Positions 45,001-60,933 of a stretch of DNA of 64,000 nucleotides are shown here, in pieces. The notes beneath the pieces were generated by a model. The model saw nothing but the letters and a program-made list of their open reading frames with translations, did no database searches and was not told the origin of the DNA. A program made the translations under genes and the position numbers. Position 1 is the first letter of the stretch, and each line of letters opens with the position of its first letter. This stretch comes from Eledone cirrhosa (lineage: Eukaryota), in the NCBI GenBank assembly GCA_964016885.1, contig OZ024748.1:26474001-26538000 (forward strand), written 5' to 3'.

Positions 45001-48000
45001 TCAACTGAAAAACCACTAACTATCAAGACACCAACAAGCACAGCAGAAAAGATCACTGAAACTATAACAGACACAACAGCAACAACATCACAGCTTTCTT
45101 CAACAAGTGAAATCCATATAGAAACTCATAAATCTACTTCTGAACTGCCTCATATAACAAACATTGAAACAAGTACAATGGAAAGAACAACACAAATGAC
45201 AGATATTGAAACTGAACGCACAACTCAGACAGAAATTACACCACAACTAACAACATCTCCTGAAGAAACAACTCTGTCTACTCAGGTAGAGGAATTCGAA
45301 AAGGTGACACCAACACAAGTTGCTAGCACAATGCATACATCACCTGAAACAACAGTTGTTTCATCTCCTGAACACACCTCTATAACACCTACAGATGAAC
45401 TTACTAGTATTGAATATACAACTGAGACATCAACTGAAAAACCACTACCTATCAAGACACCTACAAGCACAGCAGAAAAGATCACTGAAACTAGAACAGA
45501 CACAACAGCAACAACATCACAGCTTCCTTCAACAAGTGAAATCCATATAGAAACTCCTAAATCTACTTCTGAAATGCCTCATATAACTGACATTGAAACA
45601 AGTACAGTGGAAAGAACAACACAAATTACAGATATTGAAACTGAACGCACAACTCAGACAGAATTTACACCACAACATACAACATCTCCTGAAGAAACAA
45701 CTCTGTCTACTCAGGTAGAGGACATCGTAAAGGTGACACAAACACAAGTTGCTAGCACAATGCATACATCACCTGAAACAACAGTTGTTTCATCTCCTGA
45801 ACACACCTCTATAACACCTACAGATCAACTCACTAATATTGAATATACAACTGAGACATCAACTGAAAAATCACTACCTATAAAGACACCTACAAGCACA
45901 GCAGAAAAGATCACTGAAACTAGAACAGACACAACAGCAACAACATCACAGCTTCCTTCAACAAGTGAAATCCATATAGAAACTCCTAAATCCACTTCTG
46001 AAATGCCTCATATAACTGACATTGAAACAAGTACAGTGGAAAGAACAACACAAGTTACAAATATTGAAACAGAACGCACAACTCAGAGAGAAATTACACC
46101 ACAAATAACAACATCTCCTGAAGCAATAACACTGTCTACTCAGGTAAAGGACATCGAAAAGGTGACACCAACACAATTTGCTAGCACAATGCATACATCA
46201 CCTGAAACAACAGTCGTTTCATCTCCTGAACACACCTCTATAACACCTACAGATGAACTCACTATTAAAGAATACACAACTGAGACATCAACTGAAAAAC
46301 CACTACCTATAAAGACACCTACAAGCAAAGCAGAAAAGATCACTGAAACTAGAACAGACACAACAGCAACAACATCACAGCTTACTTCAACAAGTGAAAT
46401 CCATATAGAAACTCCTAAATCTACTTCTGAACTGCCTCATATAACTGACATTGAAACAAGTACAGTGGAAAGAACAACACTAATTACAGATATTGAAACT
46501 GAACGCACAACTCACACAGAAATTACACCACAACTAACAACATCTCCTGAAGAAACAACTCTGTCTACTCAGGTAGAGGACATCGAAAAGGTGACACCAA
46601 CACAAGTTGCTAGCACAATGCATACATCACCTGAAACAACAGTTGTTTCATCTCCTGAACACACCTCTATAACAACTACAGATGAACTTACTAGTATTGA
46701 ATATACAACTGAGACATCAACTGAAAAACCACTACCTATCAAGACACCTACAAGCACAGCAGAAAAGATCACTGAAACTAGAACAGACACAACAGCAACA
46801 ACATCACAGCTTCCTTCAACAAGTGAAATCCATATAGAAACTCCTAAATCTACTTCTGAACTGCCTCATATAACTGACATTGAAACAAGTACAGTGGGAA
46901 GAACAACACAAGTTACAGATATTGAAACTAAACGCACAACTCAGACAGAAATTACACCACAACTAACAACATCTCCTGAAGAAACAACTGTGTCTACTCA
47001 GGTAGAGGACATCGAAAAGGTGACAGCAACACAAGTCTCTAGCACAATGCATACATCACCTGAAACAACGGTTGTTTCATCTCCTGAACACACTTCTATA
47101 ACACCTACAGATGAACTCTCTATTAAAGAATACACAACTGAGACATCAACTGAAAAATCACTACCTATAAAGACACCTACAAGCACAGCTGAAAAGATCA
47201 CTGAAACGATAACAGACACAACAGCAACAACATCACAGCTTCCTTCAACAAGTGAAATCCATATAGAAACTCCTAAATCTACTTCTGAACTGCCTCATAT
47301 AACTGACATTGAAACAAGTACAGTGGGAAGAACAACACACATTACAGATATTGAAACTGAACGCACAAAACAGACAGAAATTACACCACAACTAACAGCA
47401 TCTCCTGAAGAAACAACTCTGTCTACTCAAGTAGAGGACATCGAAAAGGTGACACCAACACAAGTTGCTAGCACAATGCATACATCACCTGAAACAACAG
47501 TTGTTTCATCTCCTGAACACACCTCTATAACACCTGCAGATGAACTCACTAGTATTGAATATACAACTGAGACATCAACTGAAAAATCACTACCTATGAC
47601 AACACCTACAAGCACAGCAGAAAAGATCACTGAAACTAGAACAGACACAACAGCAACAACATCACAGCTCCCTTCAACAAGTGAAATCCATATAGAAACT
47701 CCTAAATCTACTTCTGAACTGCCTCATATAACTGACATTGAAACAGGTACAGTGGAAAAAATAACACAAATTACAGATATTGAAACTGAACGCACAACTC
47801 AGACAGAAATTACACCACAACAAACAACATCTCCTGAAGAAACAACACTGTCTACTCAGGTAGAGGACATCGTAATGGTGACACCAACACAAGTTGCTAG
47901 CACAATGCATGCATCACCTGAAACTACAGTTGTTTCATCTCCTGAACACACCTCTATAACACCTACAGATGAACTTACTAGTATTGAATATACAACTGAG

Positions 48001-51000
48001 ACATCAACTAAAAAACCACTACCTATCAAGAAACCTACAAGCACAGTAGAAAAGATCACTGAAACTAGAACAGACACAACAGCAACAACATCACAGCTTC
48101 CTTCAACAAGTGAAATCCATATAGAAACTCATAAATCTACTTCTGAACTGCCTCATATAACTGACATTGAAACAAGTACAGTGGGAAGAACAACACAAGT
48201 TACAGATATTGAAACTAAACGCACAACTCAGACAGAAATTACACCACAACTAACAACATCTCCTGAAGAAACAACTGTGTCTACTCAGGTAGAGGACATC
48301 GAAAAGGTGACAGCAACACAAGTCTCTAGCACAATGCATACATCACCTGAAACAACGGTTGTTTCATCTCCTGAACACACCTCTATAACACCTGCAGATG
48401 AACTCACTAGTATTGAATATACAACTGAGACATCAACTGAAAAATCACTACCTATGACAACACCTACAAGCACAGCAGAAAAGATCACTGAAACTAGAAC
48501 AGACACAACAGCAACAACATCACAGCTTCCTTCAACAAGTGAAATCCATATAGAAACTCCTAAATCTACTTCTGAACTGCCTCATATAAGTGACACTGAA
48601 ACAAGTACAGTGGAAAGAACAACACAAGTTACAGATATTGAAACTGAGCGCACAACTCAGACAGAAATTACACCACAACAAACAACATCTCCTGAAGAAA
48701 CAACACTGTCTACTCAGGTAGAGGACATCGTAAAGGTGACACCAACACAAGTTGCTAGCACAATGCATACATCACCTGAAACAACAGTTGTTTCATCTCC
48801 TGAACACACCTCTATAACACCTACAGATGAACTTACTAGTATTGAATATACAACTGAGACATCAACTGAAAAACCACTACCTATCAAGACACCTACAAGC
48901 ACAGCAGAAAAGATCACTGAAACTAGAACAGACACAACAGCAACAACATCACAGCTTCCTTCAACAAGTGAAATCCATATAGAAACTCCTAAATCTACTT
49001 CTGAACTGCCTCATATGACTGACATTGAAACAAGTACAGTGGAAAGAACAACACTATTTACAGATATTGAAACTGAACGCACAACTCAGACAGAAATTAC
49101 ACCACAACTAACAACATCTCCTGAAGAAACAACTCTGTCTACTCAGGTAGAGGACATCGAAAAGGTGACACCAACACAAGTTGCTAGCACAATGCATACA
49201 TCACCTGAAACAACAGTTGTTTCATCTGCTGAACACACCTCTATAACACCTACAGATGAACTTACTAGTATTGAATATACAACTGAGACATCAACTGAAA
49301 AACCACTACCTATCAAGACACCTACAAGCACAGCAGAAAAGATCACTGAAACTAGAACAGACACAACAGCAACAACATCACAGCTTCCTTCAACAAGTGA
49401 AATCCATATAGAGACTCCTAAATCCACTTCTGAAATGCCTCATATAACTGACATTGAAACAAGTACAGTGGAAAGAACAACACAAGTTACAGATATTGAA
49501 ACTGAACGCACAACTCAGACAGAAATTACACCACAACTAACAACATCTCCTCAAGAAACAACTCTGTCTACTCAGGTAGAGGACATCGAAAAGGTGACAC
49601 AAATACAAGTTGCTAGCACAATGCATACATCACCTGAAACAACAGTTGTTTCATCTCCTGAACACACCTCTATAACACCTACAGATGAACTCACTAGTAT
49701 TGAATATACAACTGAGACATCAACTGAAAAATCACTACCTATGACAACACCTACAAGCACAGCAGAAAAGATCACTGAAACTAGAACAGACACAACAGCA
49801 ACAACATCACAGCTTCCTTCAACAAGTGAAATCCATATAGAAACTCCTAAATCTACTTCTGAACTGCCTCATATAACTGACATTGAAACAAGTACAGTGG
49901 AAAGAACAACACAAATTACAGATATTAAAACAGAACGCACAACTCAGACAGAAATTACACCACAAATAACAACATCTCCTGAAGCAATAACACTGTCTAC
50001 TCAGGTAGAGGACATTGAAAAGGTGACACCAATACAAGTTGCTAGCAAAATGCATACATCACCTGAAACAACAGTCGTTTCATCTCCTGAACACACCTCT
50101 ATAACACCTACAGTTGAAGTTACTAGTATTGAATATACAACTGAGACATCAACTGAAAAACCACTACCTATAAAGACACCTACAAGCACATCAGAAAAGA
50201 TCACTGAAACTAGAACAGACACAACAGCAACAACATCACAGCTTCCTTCAACAAGTGAAATCCATATAGAAACTCCTAAATCAGCTTCTAGAATGCCTCA
50301 TATAACTGACATTGAAACAAGTACAGTGGAAAGAACAACACAAATTATAGATATTGAAACTGAACGCACGACTCAGACAGAAATTACACCTCAACTAACA
50401 ACATCTCCTGAAGAAACAACTCTGTCTACTCAGGTAGAGGACATCGAAAAGGTGACACGAACACAAGTTGCTAGCACAATGCATACAACAACTGAAACAA
50501 CAGTTGTTTCATCTCCAGAACACACCTCTATACCACCTACAGATGAACTTACTAGTATTGAATATACAACTGAGACATCAACTGAAACACCACTACCTAT
50601 AAAGACACCAACAAGCACATCAGAAAAGATCACTGAAACTAGAACAGACACAACAGCAACAACATCACAGCTCCCTTCAACAAGTGAAATCCATATAGAG
50701 ACTCCTAAATCCACTTCTGAAATGCCTCATATAACTGACATTGAAACAAGTACAGTGGAAAGAACAACACAAATTACAGATATTGAAACTGAACGCACAA
50801 CTCAGACAGAAATTACACCACAACTAACAACATCTCCTGTAGAAACAACACTGTCTACTCAGGTAGAGGATATCGAAAAGGTGACACCAACAGAAGTTGC
50901 TAGCAGAATGCATACATCACCTGAAACAACAGTTGTTTCATCTCCAGAACACACCTCTATAACACCTACAGATGAACTTACTAGTATTGAATATACAACT

Positions 51001-54000
51001 GAGACATCAACTGAAAAACCACTACCTATGACAACACCTACAAGCACAGCTGAAAAGATCACTGAAACTATAACAGACACAACAGCAACAACATCACAGC
51101 TTCCTTCAACAAGTGAAATCCATATAGAAACTCCTAAATCTACTTCTGAACTGCCTCATATAACTGACATTGAAACAAGTACAGTGGAAAGAACAACACA
51201 AATTACAGATATTGAAACTGAACGCACAACTCAGACAGAAATTACACCACAACTAACAACATCTCCTGTAGAAACAACTCTGTCTACTCAGGTAGAGGAC
51301 ATCGAAAAGGTGACACCAACACAAGTTGCTAGCACAATGCATACAACAACTGAAACAATAGTTGTTTCATCTCCAGAACACACCTCTATACCACCTACAG
51401 ATGAACTTACTATTAAAGAATACACAACTGAGACATCAACTGAAAAATCACTACCTATGACAACACCTACAAGCACAGCAGAAAAGATCACTGAAACTAG
51501 AACAGACACAACAGCAACAACATCACAGCTTCCTTCAATAAGTGAAATCCATATAGAAACTCCTAAATCTACTTCTGAACTGCCTCATATAACTGACATT
51601 GAAACAAGTACAGTGGAAAGAACAACACAAATTACAGATATTGAAACTGAGCGCACAACTCAGACAGAACTTACACCACAACTAACAACATCTCCTAAAG
51701 AAACCACTCTGTCTACTCAGGTAGAGGACATCGAAAGGGTGACAGCAACAAAAGTTGCTAGCACAATACATACATCACCTGAAACAACAGTTGTTTCATC
51801 TCCTGAACACACTTCTATAACAACTACAGATGAACTTACTAGTATTGAATATACAACTGAGACATCAACTGAAAAACCACTACCTATAAAGACACCTACA
51901 AGCAAAGCAGAAAAGATCACTGAAACTAGAACAGACACAACAGCAACAACATCACAGCTTACTTCAACAAGTGAAATCCATATAGAAACTCCTAAATCTA
52001 CTTCTGAACTGCCTCATATAACTGACATTGAAACAAGTACAGTGGAAAGAACAACACTAATTACAGATATTGAAACTGAACGCACAACTCACACAGAAAT
52101 TACACCACAACTAACAACATCTCCTGAAGAAACAACTCTGTCTACTCAGGTAGAGGACATCGAAAAGGTGACACCAACACAAGTTGCTAGCACAATGCAT
52201 ACATCACCTGAAACAACAGTTGTTTCATCTCCTGAACACACCTCTATAACAACTATAGATGAACTTACTAGTATTGAATATACAACTGAGACATCAACTG
52301 AAAAACCACTACCTATCAAGACACCTACAAGCACAGCAGAAAAGATCACTGAAACTAGAACAGACACAACAGCAACAACATCACAGCTTCCTTCAACAAG
52401 TGAAATCCATATAGAAACTCATAAATCTACTTCTGAACTGCCTCATATAACTGACATTGAAACAAGTACAGTGGGAAGAACAACACAAGTTACAGATATT
52501 GAAACTAAACGCACAACTCAGACAGAAATTACACCACAACTAACAACATCTCCTGAAGAAACAACTGTGTCTACTCAGGTAGAGGACATCGAAAAGGTGA
52601 CAGCAACACAAGTCTCTAGCACAATGCATACATCACCTGAAACAACGGTTGTTTCATCTCCTGAACACACTTCTATAACACCTACAGATGAACTCTCTAT
52701 TAAAGAATACACAACTGAGACATCAACTGAAAAATCACTACCTATAAAGACACCTACAAGCACAGCTGAAAAGATCACTGAAACGATAACAGACACAACA
52801 GCAACAACATCACAGCTTCCTTCAACAAGTGAAATCCATATAGAAACTCCTAAATCTACTTCTGAACTGCCTCATATAACTGACATTGAAACAAGTACAG
52901 TGGGAAGAACAACACACATTACAGATATTGAAACTAAACGCACAAAACAGACAGAAATTACACCACAACAAACAACATCTCCTGAAGAAACAACTCTGTC
53001 TACTCAAGTAGAGGACATCGAAAAGGTGACACCAACACAAGTTGCTAGCACAATGCATACATCACCTGAAACAACAGTTGTTTCATCTCCTGAACACACC
53101 TCTATAACACCTACAGATGAACTCACTAGTATTGAATATACAACTGAGACATCAACTGAAAAATCACTACCTATGACAACACCTACAAGCACAGCAGAAA
53201 AGATCACAGAAACTAGAACAGACACAACAGCAACAACATCACAGCTTCCTTCAACAAGTGAAATCCATATAGAAACTCCTAAAACTACTTCTGAACTGCC
53301 TCATATAACTGACACTGAAACAAGTACATTGGAAAGAACAACACAAGTTACAGATATTGAAACTGAGCGCACAACTCAGACAGAAATTACACCACAACAA
53401 ACAACATCTCCTGAAGAAACAACTCTGTCTACACAGGTAGAGGACATCGTAAAGGTGACACCAACACAAGTTGCTAGCACAATGCATACATCACCTGAAA
53501 CAACAGTTGTTTCATCTCCTGAACACACCTCTATAACACCTGCAGATGAACTCACTAGTATTGAATATACAACTGAGACATCAACTGAAAAATCACTACC
53601 TATGACAACACCTACAAGCACAGCAGAAAAGATCACTGAAACTAGAACAGACACAACAGCAACAACATCACAGCTTCCTTCAACAAGTGAAATCCATATA
53701 GAAACTCCTAAATCTACTTCTGAACTGCCTCATATAACTGACATTGAAACAGGTACAGTGGAAAAAACAACACAAATTACAGATATTGAAACTGAACGCA
53801 CAACTCAGACAGAAATTACACCACAACGAACAACATCTCCTGAAGAAACAACACTGTCTACTCAGGTAGAGGACATCGTAAAGGTGACACCAACACAAGT
53901 TGCTAGCACAATGCATGCATCACCTGAAACTACAGTTGTTTCATCTCCTGAACACACCTCTATAACACCTACAGATGAACTTACTAGTATTGAATATACA

Positions 54001-57000
54001 ACTGAGACATCAACTGAAAAACCACTACCTATCAAGAAACCTACAAGCACAGCAGAAAAGATCACTGAAACTAGAACAGACACAACAGCAACATCACAGC
54101 TTCCTTCAACAAGTGAAATCCATATAGAAACTCCTAAATCTACTTCTGAACTCCCTCATATAACTGACATTGAAACAAGTACAGTGGAAAGAACAACACA
54201 AATTACAGATATTGAAACTGAACGCACAACTGAGACACAACTTACACCACAACAAACAACATCTCCTGAAGAAACCACTCTGTCTACTCAGGTAGAGGAC
54301 ATCGAAATGGTGACAGCAACACAAGTTGCTAGCACAATGCATACATCACCTGAAACAACAGTCGTTTCATCTCCTGAACACACCTCTATAACACCTACAG
54401 ATCAACTCACTAATATTGAATATACAACTGAGACATCAACTGAAAAACCACTACCTATAAAGACACCTACAAGCACATCAGAAAAGATCACTGAAACTAG
54501 AACAGACACAACAGCAACAACATCACAGCTTCCTTCAACAAGTGAAATCGATATAGAAACTCGTAAATCTACTTCTGAACTGCCTCATATAACTGATATT
54601 GAAACAAGTACAGTGGAAAGAACAACACTAATTACAGATATTGAAACTGAACGCACAACTCAGACAGAAATTACACCACAACTAACAACATCTCCTGAAG
54701 AAACAACTCTGTCTACTCAGGTAGAGGACATCGAAAAGGTGACAACAACACAAGTTGCTAGCACAATGCATACATCACCTGAAACAACAGTTGTTTCATC
54801 TGCTGAACACACCTCTATAACACCTACAGATGAACTTACTAGTATTGAATATACAACTGAGACATCAACTGAAAAACCACTACCTATCAAGTCACCTACA
54901 AGCACAGCAGAAAAGATCACTGAAACTAGAACAGACACAACAGCAACAACATCACAGCTTCCTTCAACAAGTGAAATCCATATAGAGACTCTTAAATCCA
55001 CTTCTGAAATGCCTCATATAACTGACATTGAAACAAGTACAGTGGAAAGAACAACACAAGTTACAGATATTGAAACTGAACGCACAACTCAGACAGAAAT
55101 TACACCACAACTAACAACATCTCCTCAAGAAACAACTCTGTCTACTCAGGTAGAGGACATCGAAAAGGTGACACAAATACAAGTTGCTAGCACAATGCAT
55201 ACATCACCTGCAACAACAGTTGTTTCATCTCCTGAACACACCTCTATAACACCTACAGATGAACTCACTAGTATTGAATATACAACTGAGACATCAACTG
55301 AAAAATCACTACCTATGACAACACCTACAAGCACAGCAGAAAAGATCACTGAAACTAGAACAGACACAACAGCAACAACATCACAGCTTCCTTCAACAAG
55401 TGAAATCCATATAGAAACTCCTAAATCAGCTTCTAGAATGCCTCATATAACTGACATTGAAACAAGTACAGTGGAAAGAACAACACAAATTATAGATATT
55501 GAAACTGAACGCACGACTCAGACAGAAATTACACCACAACTAACAACATCTCCTGAAGAAACAACTCTGTCTACTCAGGTAGAGGACATCGAAAAGGTGA
55601 CACCAACACAAGTTGCTAGCACAATGCATACAACAACTGAAACAATAGTTGTTTCATCTCCAGAACACACCTCTATACCACCTACAGATGAACTTACTAG
55701 TATTGAATATACAACTGAGACATCAACTGAAAAATCACTACCTATGACAACACCTACAAGCACAGCAGAAAAGATCACTGAAACTAGAACAGACACAACA
55801 GCAACAACATCACAGCTTCCTTCAATAAGTGAAATCCATATAGAAACTCCTAAATCTACTTCTGAACTGCCTCATATAACTGACATTGAAACAAGTACAG
55901 TGGAAAGAACAACACAAATTACAGATATTGAAACTGAGCGCACAACTCATACAGAACTTACACCACAACTAACAACATCTCCTAAAGAAACCACTCTGTC
56001 TACTCAGGTAGAGGACATCGAAAGGGTGACAGCAACAAAAGTTGCTAGCACAATACATACATCACCTGAAACAACAGTTGTTTCATCTCCTGAACACACT
56101 TCTATAACACCTACAGATGAACTCACTATTAAAGAACACACAACTGAGACATCAACTGAAAAATCACTACCTATGACAACACCTACAAGCACAGCAGAAA
56201 AGATCACTGAAACTAGAACAGACACAACAGCAACAACATCACAGCTTCCTTCAACAAGTGAAATCCATATAGAAACTCCTAATTCAGCTTCTGAACTGCC
56301 TCATATAACTGACATTGAAACAAGTACAGTGGAAAGAACAACACAAATTACAGATATTGAAACTGAACGCACAACTCAGACAGAAATTACACCACAACTA
56401 ACAACATCTCCTGTAGAAACAACTCTGTCTACTCAGGTAGAGGACATCGAAAAGGTGACACCAACACAAGTTGCTAGCACAATGCATACAACAACTGAAA
56501 GAACAGTTGTTTCATCTCCAGAACACACCTCTATACCACCTACAGATGAACTTACTAGTATTGAATATACAACTGAGACATCAACTGAAAAACCACTACC
56601 TATAAAGACACCTACAAGCACAGCTGAAAAGATCACTGAAACTATAACAGACACAACAGCAACAACATCACAGCTTCCTTCAACAAGTGAAATCCATATA
56701 GAAACTCCTAAATCTACTTCTGAACTGCCTCATATAAGTGACATTGAAACAAGTACAGTGGAAAGAACAACACAAATTACAGATATTGAAACTGAGCGCA
56801 CAACTCAGACAGAACTTACACCACAACAAACAACATCTCCTAAAGAAACCACTCTGTCTACTCAGGTAGAGGACATCGAAAGGGTGACACCAACACAAGT
56901 TGCTAGCACAATACATACATCACCTGAAACAACAGTTGTTTCATCTCCAGAACACACCTCTATAACACCTACAGATGAACTTACTAGTATTGAATATACA

Positions 57001-60000
57001 ACTGAGACATCAACTGAAAAACCACTGCCTATAAAGACACCTACAAGCACAGCTGAAAAGATCACTGAAACTATAACAGACACAACAGCAACAACATCAC
57101 AGCTTCCTTCAACAAGTGAAATCCATATAGAAACTCCTAAATCAGCTTCTGAACTGCCTCATATAACTGACATTGAAACAAGTACAGTGGAAAGAACAAC
57201 ACAAATTACAGATATTGAAACTGAACGCACAACTCAGACAGAAATTACACCGCAACTAACAACATCTCCTGAAGAAACAACTCTGTCTACTCATGTAGAG
57301 GACATCGAAAAGGTGACAACAACAGAAGTTGCTAGTACAATGCATACATCACCTGAAACAACAGTTGTTTCATCTCCAGAACACACCTCTATAACACCTA
57401 CAGATGAACTTACTAGTATTGAATATACAACTGAGACATCAACTGAAAAACCACTACCTATCAAGACACCTACAAGCACAGCTGAAAAGATCACTGAAAC
57501 TAGAACAGACACAACAGCAACAACATCACAGCTTCCTTCAACAAGTGAAATCCATAGAGAAACTCCTAAATCTACTTCTGAACTGCCTCATATAACTGAC
57601 ATTGAAACAAGTACAGTGGAAAGAACAACACAAATGACAGATATTGAAACTGAGCGCACAACTCAGACAGAACTTACACCACAACAAACAACATCTCCTG
57701 AAGAAACAACACTGTCTACTCAGGTAGAGGACATCGGAAAGGTGACACCAACACAAGTTGCTAGCACAATGCATACACCACCTGATACAACAGTTGTTTC
57801 ATCTCCTGAACTCACCTCTATAACACCTACAGATGAACTCACTATTAAAGAATACACAACTGAGACATCAACTGAAAAATCACTACCTATGACAACACCT
57901 ACAAGCACAGTAGAAAAGATCACTGAAACTAGAACAGACACAACAGCAACAACATCACAGCTTCGTTCAACAAGTGAAATCCATATAGAAACTCCTAAAT
58001 CTACTTCTGAACTGCCTCATATAACTGACATTGAAACAAGTACAGTGGAAAGAACAACACAAATTACAGATATTGAAACAGAACACACAACTCAGACAGA
58101 AAGTACACCACAACTAACAACATCTCCTGAAGAAACAACTCTGTCTACTCAGGTAGAGGACATCGAAAAGGTGACACCAACACAAGTTGCTAGTACAATG
58201 CATACATCACCTGAAACAACAGTTGTTTCATCTCCTGAACACACATCTATAACACCTACAGATGAACTGATTAGTATTGAATATACATCTGATACATCAA
58301 CTGAAAAATCACTACCTATGACAACACCTACAAGCTCATCAGAAAAGATCACTGAAACTAGAACAGACACAACAGCAACAACATCACAGCTTCCTTCAAC
58401 AAGTGAAATCCATATAGAAACTCCTAAATCTACTTCTGAACTGCCTCATATAACTGACATTGAAACAAGTACAGTGGAAAGAACAACACAAATGACAGAT
58501 ATTGAAACAGAACACACAACTCAGACAGAAAGTACACCACAACTAACAACATCTCCTGAAGAAACAACTCTGTCTACTCAGGTAGAGGACATCGAAAAGG
58601 TGACACCAACACAAGTTGCTAGTACAATGCATACATCACCTGAAACAACAGTTGTTTCATCTCCTGAACACACCTCTATAACACCTACAGATGAACTTAC
58701 TAGTATAGAATATACAACTGAGACATCAACTGAAAAACCACTACCTATAAAGACACCTACAAGCACAGCAGAAAAGATCACTGAAACGATAACAGACACA
58801 ACAGCAATAACACCACAGCTTCCTTCAACAAGTGAAATCGATATAGAAACTCCTAAATCTACTTCTGAACTGCCTCATATAACTGACATTGAAACAAGTA
58901 CAGTGGAAAGAACAACACAAATTACAGATATTGAAACAGAACACACAACTCAGACAGAAAGTACACCACAACTAACAACATCTCCTGAAGAAACAACTCT
59001 GTCTACTCAGGTAGAGGACATCGAAAAGGTGACACCAACACAAGTTGCTACTACAATGCATACATCACCTGAAACAACAGTTGTTTCATCTCCTGAACAC
59101 ACATCTATAACACCTACAGATGAACTGATTATTATAGAATATACATCTGATACATCAACTGAAAAATCACTACCTATGACAACACCTACAAGCTCATCAG
59201 AAAAGATCACTGAAACTAGAACAGACACAACAGCAACAACATCACAGCTTCCTTCAACAAGTGAAATCCATATAGAAACTCCTAAATCTACTTCTGAACT
59301 GCCTCATATAACTGACATTGAAACAAGTACAGTGGAAAGAATGACACAAATGACAGATATTGAAACTGAACGCACAACTCAGACAGAAATTACACCACAA
59401 CTAACAACATCTCCTGAAGAAACAACACTGTCTACTCAGGTAGAGGACATCGAAAAGGTGACACCAACACAAGTTGCTAGCACAATGCATACATCACCTG
59501 AAACAACAGTTGTTTCATCTCCTGAACAAACCTCTATAACACCTACAGATGAACTTACTAGTATTGAATATACAACTGAGACATCAACTGAAAAGCCACT
59601 ACCTATCAAAACACCTACAAGCACAGCAGAAAAGATCACTGAAACTAGAACAGACACAACAGCAACAACATCACAGCTTCCTTCAACAAGTGAAATCCAT
59701 ATAGAAACTCATAAATCTACTTCTGAACTGCCTCATATAACTGACATTGAAACAAGTACAGTGGAAAGAACAACACAAATTACAGATATTGAAACAGAAC
59801 ACACAACTCAGACAGAAAGTACACCACAACTAACAACATCTCCTGAAGAAACAACTCTGTCTACTCAGGTAGAGGACATCGAAAAGGTGACACCAACACA
59901 AGTTGCTAGTACAATGCATACATCACCTGAAACAACAGTTGTTTCATCTCCTGAACACACATCTATAACACCTACAGATGAACTGATTAGTATAGAATAT

Positions 60001-60901
60001 ACATCTGATACATCAACTGAAAAATCACTACCTATGACAACACCTACAAGCACAGCAGAAAAGATCACTGAAACTAGAACAGACACAACAGCAACAACAT
60101 CACAGCTTCCTTCAACAAGTGAAATCCATATAGAAACTCCTAAATCTACTTCTGAACTGCCTCATATAACTGACATTGAAACAAGTACAGTGGAAAGAAC
60201 AACACAAATTACAGATATTGAAACTGAACGCTCAACTCAGACAGAAATTACACCACAATTAACAAAAACTACCAAACAAACAACTCTGTCTTTTCAGCCT
60301 GTGGATTTCAAAACCAGCAATAATGTATCAGGAACACGTGAGAAATGGGAGATGTACACATCTGAAGTTATGTCACCAGCTGCAAGTACTGCCGACTTTG
60401 TCATCAAATTTTTAACTATAACAACACCAACAACACCAACAACAACGCCAACAACAACGCCAACAACAACACCAACAACAACAACACCAACAACAACACC
60501 AACAACAACACCAACAACAACACCAACAACAACACCAACAACAACCCCAACAACAACACCAACAACAACAACACCAACAACAACGCCAACAACAACACCA
60601 ACAACAACACCAACAACAACGCCAACAACAACACCAACAACAACACCAACAACACCAACAACAACACCAACAACAACCCCAACAACAACACCAACAACAA
60701 CACCAACAACAACAACACCAACAACAACGCCAACAACAACACCAACAACAACACCAACAACAACACCAACAACAACGCCAACAACAACACCAACAACAAC
60801 GCCAACAACAACAACACCACCAACAACAAGGCCAACAACAACGCCAACAACAACAACAACGCCAACAACACCAACGCCAACAGCACCAACAACAACAACA
60901 C

Positions 60902-60933
<32 letters not shown>

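Larger units (their letters stand above)
1..60293 (+). repeat. Coding tandem array of 429-bp units (about 140.5 copies)
   Basis: The motif ...ctgtctactcaggtagaggacatcg... recurs every 429 bp, with exceptions of 477, 393, 426, 426, 477, 402 and 426 bp. Units differ by only a few substitutions. Confidence 0.99.

Noticed and set aside
24728-57595. Short + strand off-frame ORFs (24728-24958, 26873-27103, 57404-57595)
   Set aside because: They are alternative-frame fragments created by chance loss of a stop in individual units and are not conserved across the array.
1-60293. CRISPR array, non-coding satellite or transposon array
   Set aside because: There are no unique spacers, terminal repeats or transposase/RT coding. 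Strict frame preservation argues against non-coding satellite.
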